Of a stretch of DNA of 64,000 bases, positions 57,655 to 64,000 are shown piece after piece. Location: assembly GCF_009914755.1 (NCBI RefSeq), contig NC_060937.1. One strand, given 5' to 3'. The DNA comes from the human T2T-CHM13v2.0 reference genome, Homo sapiens. Below the pieces are notes generated by a model. The model was not told where the DNA came from, searched no databases, and saw only the letters and a list, made by a program, of their open reading frames with translations. The translations under genes were made by a program, and so were the position numbers. How positions within the stretch are numbered: position 1 is the stretch's first letter; every line of letters begins with the position of its first letter.

Positions 57655-58230
57655 AAATTCTCATTTTATGTCTCTACTTCATACCTCTTATATACCACAA
57701 TGTCAATATAAACAAAATTAAACTGCTATTTTCCCCCGAAGTTTGCCTGCATGTGATGAAACCTTAATCAAACTAGTTTCCTTTGATAGTATTTCAGATT
57801 TAGAAGTCATTCTTAGTCTCTCCTTCTTTCTCATGAACTCACCTTCTCATTTTAAAAATATATAAAGTTTATTTTATTTTAATTTTAAATATTTCTGTAA
57901 TCCTTTATTAACTACTGTTTATACCTATGTTTAAAATGCTGTCAATTTTCAAATGAATTGCTATGCCATCTGCATAAGGAGTATCCATTTTTGACATGGC
58001 AATGAAAAATGATATTTTAAAAATAAACATCTGTTCACATTTTGAAAAGACTTTCAAAATCTCTCTAATTACTTTCAGATAACAGTCAAATATTTAACAT
58101 GAATTTGAATGATCTATAGAAATGCTTGTGTTAGCATCCCTATATCAGTTCTTGTCTGTTTCTTTTAGACATGTGCTCATTGAAAACAGATGCATTTTTC
58201 TATACTATCTCTTTCTTGACCCTCAGGCCT
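57655..58230 (+). mobile_element. L2 fragment
   Basis: tagaagtcattcttagtctctccttctttctc; ttcagataacagtcaaatatttaacatg. Confidence 0.5.
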
Positions 58231-59549
58231 ACTTCAGTTTTTTTTTTCAAAATATTAATGACATAAATTTAAAAATAATAATTAAATGAAGTATTTCAAA
58301 CTACAGCTTTTTAAATATTACAAATACATTAAGAAATACTCTAATTTGTTAAACATATGGGCTTGTAAAGACAGATACATGGATTTCAGTTCCAATCTTG
58401 CTATTAATTTTTTTCTTTGATATTCAGCATAATATTCCACAGAAAATCACACTGGCTCATTCCAGTGACAATTTCAGTATAATTGAGCCTGGTAAGAGGA
58501 TAAACATTTTAGTTTCCTTAAGAAGACACAGGAATGTAAGAGGGTAGAAAGACTCATAAATGAAAAAAGTATTACCAAAAGGGGTTTAGAATCAAAAAAA
58601 GGATAAATTAAGAAGTTCTAAAATACGTTGGCATTGAGACTTTGGTAATATCTGACCATCTCAGGAAACTGGCTACAGGTCAATCTCTGTAATGCAATGT
58701 AATGGCTGATAGTCTCTCCTTGGGAGCATATGTATCAGAGGCAAAACTTTGCTTTATAAGCTGAATGTTATGTGGCCACCACTGCTCAGAGAAGATCCTG
58801 GGATCTCAAAATTCCACTAATGTTTGCAAATGTTATTGCTTGTCAGAGGAAAAAAGTCAATATCACTTGATTATCTTTCCTCTGTTTTGCCAAATCCAGG
58901 AAGAGAATGGATTCTGCCACTGTCTCTTTCAGTGACTTTTATGATACATTGCACCATCAAAAAGGAAGTGCGGAGATAGTCAGATCTTTATGCATCCTTT
59001 CAATATCTTACTGTATGAATCCCACTGGAAGAAATTTTGAGGATCTCCGGAATATTAATAGGGGAAAAATACTTTACCCTCCACCCTTATCTTCCATTTC
59101 AGTGGAAATAATGGCACAGTGTATCTAAACGGAGATTAATTTGTTCCCGTACTATATTTAGATTTCCACTTTTTCTACTAACCTATAAGTATCATCAAAG
59201 TACCCTGGCAAATATAAAGAATAATATGAAAATCATGAATATAGATTATACTAGCTTATTTGAACCCTTGCCTTCAAAATATGAAAAGAAATATATACAT
59301 CGTGCAATATCAATTCCTCAGTTTAAATTTGGCAATATTTCCTTTACCTGTATGAATTTTCCACCATCACCTATTACATTTCTTTTTAAATTATTAAAAT
59401 TTTTTTAAATAACCAGAATTTCATGCTATACAAGTCTTAGATATACAGAAAGCTAAAATAAGAGAAATGCACAGACGGATACTGCAAGTATAGCCATTCT
59501 CCTAGGCTTATTTCATGATCACCATGGGATTCACTTGTAAATAGGATGG

Positions 59550-60097
59550 TGTCAAGAAGGGTGAAGGCTCTAACATTTACCCTACTTTCAAGCTAACAAG
59601 TTATCCTCCTATAGTTTAATGGTTTGCTTAGAGAGCGTGTGAGGCACTCCATATCGGAGACAAAGGATTTTTTTAAATTTCTGAATAGCAAGATGGACAA
59701 ACTTCATAATTACATCAATTCTTCCACTCCTGCATCTCTACTACAACCCAGATCCTCAGCATATGATGCACGTATGTTGAGGTGTACTCAGCACACACAG
59801 TGGGTTTGTGTCACAGATGGTATACCTCAATATTAGAAAATCCAGTCTTTTGTAATGAACTGCAAATAAACCTTTCCCATCTGTTTCCTAGATGGACAAC
59901 TTATCTTTATTAAATTGAGTAGTAAATAATCCTGCCCTCTGCCCTGGAAGAAGACACTGTCTTTATCTTCCAATGCTGTTCATTATATAACATCCTTGAA
60001 AAGTAATGAAGAGAGAGGGGGTAAAAAGGCTGTTTGTGTTTTTTTTTGTAGGAGTTACTGAAATGTTAAAGACACCATGGATACTTACTTCCCAACA
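59550..60097 (-). mobile_element. ERVL solo LTR, MER76-like
   Basis: tgtcaagaagggtgaagg...ttaccctactttcaagctaacaagtta...acatccttgaaaag...cccaaca. Confidence 0.65.
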
Positions 60098-60139
60098 GTG
60101 GAAAAGACAATTGATTGTATGGTATGAATGAATGGTGGG

Positions 60140-60510
60140 TGTATTAGTCCGTTCTTGCACTGCTAAAAGATACTAGCTGAGACTGCATAATATGTAAAGG
60201 AAAGAGGTTTAATTGACTTACAGTTCCACATGGCTGGGGAAGCCTTAGGAAACTTACAATCATGGTGGAAGGCAAAGCGGAAGCAAGGACCTTCTTCAAA
60301 TGGTGGCAGGAGAGACAAGTGCATGAAGGAGAAGCAAACACTTACAAAACCATCTGATCTCAGGAGAACTCACTCACCATCTCAAGCATGGGGGAAACCA
60401 CCCCCATAATCCAATCACCTCCCATGAGGTACCTCCCTTAGACATGGAAATTATGGGATTACAATTCAAGATAAAAGTTGGGTGGGGAAAAACCATGTCA
60501 AACCATATCA
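60140..60510 (-). mobile_element. THE1D-like solo LTR
   Basis: tgtattagtccgttcttgcactgct...aaaccatatca; perfect TSD GTGGG. Confidence 0.93.
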
Positions 60511-61204
60511 GTGGGGATCTTGGAGGTGAGAATGGAACTTGGACAAAAATCTATCTGTATTTCCAATTGCTTATCCTGGAAATACTACTTTAAATTAATT
60601 AATTATTAAGCATTTACTGACCACTCATCATACATAATTGCATTAAATTAATTCATTTTTAAAGAATGCATATTTTGTTTAAAATGAACACAATTCAGCC
60701 AACTGGTGCCTTACATAAATACATTAACATTCTTCAGTCATCATTTTATCTGCCAATGTGGACCTAAACTGAAAACAAATTTTAAAAATGGGGACAATAA
60801 AAAGAAAGTCTGACACAGGAAATTTCTCAGAGGATCCAGGCATGTCCAGAGAGTGGTGAGTACTCAAAAATGATTGTGACAATCATGTGGGAAGGTGTGT
60901 TGTATGAAGTCATGATAAGAGCACTGGAAAAGAAGGTTGAAAAATGTTCCAAGCAAGCTTCTCTTAATTTGTAATTGCCTTTTGGTTTGCCCTCATTACT
61001 TAAGCTGGTCACTTTTTTAAGAAAATCACTATTATAAGGCTAATAATTCAACTTAATTGCATTTTAGTTGAATGTACATTTACTGTAATTTTACATATGT
61101 AATTGAGTAAATCATCCAAGAAGAGTAGTCTCACTTTATAAATTATGCAAATAGTCTTTCCAAGCAATAGTATTAATGTACTTACTGTATAATAATTCAG
61201 ACAC

Positions 61205-61438
61205 GTCACTAGAATTAGTCTCAGATTGAACCCACTACCACTTACTAGCTCTATGACATTAGACAAGTTTCTTAATTTCTGAGTCTCCTCTTGTAAAATA
61301 TCAATGGACTTTGCACTTACACTAACATTTCTTGTGAGTATACAACACATTTATGCATGTGAAGTGCATAGTACTATACTGGAGTAATTGTATCCACTTT
61401 ATTTATAGGAGGAACTACCATATTAGCATTATTATTAT
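61205..61438 (+). mobile_element. MIR
   Basis: ccacttactagctctatgacattagacaagtttcttaatttctgagtctc core. Confidence 0.85.
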
Positions 61439-62811
61439 TTCAGAGAACAGAGTAATCTTCTTGGGGTAGCTACCTCTGAAGAAAATGGAACAAAGATTAC
61501 AAAGTAAAAATGATACTTACAGACGCTAGGCAGAAATTTGAAAGTATAAGATAATATAGTGCAAAGATAATTCCATAAATTATGTGGTAAGTACAGTAAA
61601 CTTTCTGCGATTATGGAAGATAGGATCTTGTTTCAGCTACCTAATTGAAATCTATTGCATCAAAAGGAGCCACAAAATAGTATAACAGAAAACTGGAAAT
61701 AATTAATTCAGGGCAATGGAGTTTCTGAAAAATGTAGGTGAGGATTCTAAAGAGAAAGCAAAACATAAAAAAGTAAGAGATTGGATGTCATGCCATCCAA
61801 GATAAAAATATAGTGTCCTTTACTGTTACTTATGAGGTCATAGTTGACCTTTAGACAGTTCCAATGTCCACGCTATTTCAGGTTTGTTCTAAATCTATAG
61901 GATTTGGAGTAGAATTGGCCACTGCAAAATATTAGACTTTCTTTCCCTCTAAATCTCTAAATTTCAGGCATACTTTTAGGAACAAACTTGTTATGATTAA
62001 ATGGTGAAAGATGGCTTAATGTGTAATATCAACAGCATTAAAACTTTTTATTATACTGCTAAATGTGGCCTTAAAGAGAAACAGCATTCTTCATTTTACA
62101 TATTGAGCAAACTAAACTTAGAAATCATAAAGGCTGCATGTGAAAACTCTAGACACAACAGGACTCTGTTTTTATACTGTAGCATCTCCATTACTCCATA
62201 ATCGCCCCTCATAAGAATACTTACCATGGCATAGTCAAGTATACCAATTTTGGGAGAGGTTTTGAAAGAATCAACATACAACAAATAAAAGCGAAGTACT
62301 GCAGATGAAATTGGAGGACCTAATTACAATCACTTTGACAATCAGCTGTATGTGCTCTTTATTTGCCAGTGTACCTCCACACGTACTGTCACAGGGCTTT
62401 GCCTATCCAGCTGTTCAACAAAATGCCCACAGAATTGATTTGCTGTGTTTGAAATTTCCATTAATTTGTCAACACTGCTTATACTTCTTTATCCCAGAAC
62501 CTGCAGAGGTTCTCAGAATGAAATAACATTAAGCTTAGAACTGGTGGGAAGAAATGGTATTTGCCTCGGTTTAAATTATTTGCCCTAATATCAGTGCATC
62601 TGTGTCTTATGAAATCAACAAAAGAGCTCTGTTTTCCCTGTTGCTAGTGTTTAACATAAGCGTTCTCAGAAAAGTAAGTAGAATTGAGTGAAAAGACAAT
62701 TTTTAAACAGTAGCCATTACAATTGTGGGAGTGCTAGAGGAACTCTATATACATTCCCATTTTGTCAAATTTTATTTGATTTATTTTCTCACTTGTATTC
62801 CTTACTAATAA

Positions 62812-63625
62812 AGGACTGACTGATGGACTCATTTATTCCACAAACATTATGAGTATTTTCCCATTACAAGGTGGTCAACTTGGGTGCTGGAATTAAGTGT
62901 AACAAGACAGATTTTGTCCTTGGCTTGAAGACGTTGGGAATCTCGTAAGAGAGGCATATTTTTAAAAATGTATGCAAACAATTCATGTTAAAATACATGT
63001 CATTAGATTGTACATATAACGAGGTGACCTACACTAGTATGGAGTTTAAGAATGACTTCTTGTGAAGGGATTTTTAAAGAGTAAAGGTAAAGAAAAATTA
63101 GTCCATGGAGAGAAGAGAAAAAGCATGCTTGGCAGAGGAGGATTTGAAATTCTGGAAATACGAAGCCTGTATATGTTAGGAAATGAAGGCCTTTTAAAAC
63201 AGAATGAAGTGGATTTGAAGATAATTTGTAGCCATTTAATACAAGGTTTTGTAATGAAAAGAGGATGCCATTGTAAAGTTTACAGCAAGACCATACTCTT
63301 CCCTAAATCATAGTTGTAAAGATTGTTCCGATATTCAGTGATGAATCAAACGAAAAGTTACAAGAAAGGACAGGGAAGATAGGTTTACAGCATATTACAC
63401 AGGTTTAAGTGAGAGGATAGTGGCTCAAACTAGTATCATGTCACTCTATATGAAAAACAGACAAATTTGAAAAATAATTCATGGATGGAATAAAGAAATA
63501 AAAGGTGATTGTGTGGAGAAAGAGAGATAGCAGTCACTCCCAAATATTTGTTATGAGTTTCCGACAGAAGACTACTCTTTGTTGAGATTTCAACTAAGTT
63601 TTCCAGGTATGTGTATCAATGACAG
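62812..63625 (-). mobile_element. L2 3' region
   Basis: ctcatttattccacaaacattatgagta...gggtgctggaatt...aacaagacagattttgtcc. Confidence 0.7.
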
Positions 63626-64000
63626 AAGATCAGCAGATTAAATTAATGGGTGTCCCATGAATTAATTTAAATATTTTGTTTTTGTATTTCCATTGAGGCC
63701 CAAGAGTCTGATAGTAAGCAAATAATTGCATATATAAGAATAGAATTTATTAATAGAAAAGAGAAAGGATAGGAGATCTAAAATTAAGTATTGTTGAAGC
63801 AAATAAGTGAATGCAAGTTCTAGATGATAGAGAAATTTAAAGCAGAATTTTTTATTTAATAATTTTTGGTCCTAAATAGTAAGCCTGTTAAACTGCTCAA
63901 ATTTTCAAATTTTCTTTGACAAATTAATCAAGAAATATTTACTTAAACCATACAATAAGTGCGAAGCACTTCAGAAAACAGAATGAAGTAAGATTCATTC

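Noticed and set aside
58430-59540. Possible further ancient LTR or internal ERV sequence
   Set aside because: It is too degenerate to assign from the sequence alone.

Overview
This is AT-rich, CpG-depleted primate (probably human) intergenic or deep-intronic DNA, and the AluY, AluS, AluJ, THE1 and L1PA elements support that origin. I find no credible host protein-coding gene, structural RNA gene, CpG island or CRISPR array. The ORF track consists of chance ORFs, antisense Alu ORFs, and decayed ERV-L (gag, RT, IN, dUTPase) or L1 ORF2 fragments. The window is mostly layered transposon fossils. These include a jumbled ERVL cluster (0.4-6.2 kb), a near full-length minus-strand ERV-L provirus with MLT2-type LTRs and several nested insertions (36.4-43.6 kb), Tigger3, a long L1M, many MaLR solo LTRs, Alus, L2, MIR, MER5 and microsatellites. 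Three structures read directly from the sequence stand out: (1) a near-orphan L1 3' transduction at 39956-40233 with a perfect 15-bp target-site duplication (TSD); (2) an old L1MA element with twin-priming inversion geometry at 53.8-57.0 kb; (3) three Alu-into-Alu-tail pairs within 5 kb. A candidate 51-nt exon and two candidate enhancer-like unique segments are speculative. I did not find evidence of a new multi-gene system. Subfamily names come from recalled consensus sequences and most boundaries are approximate; both need RepeatMasker/Dfam confirmation.
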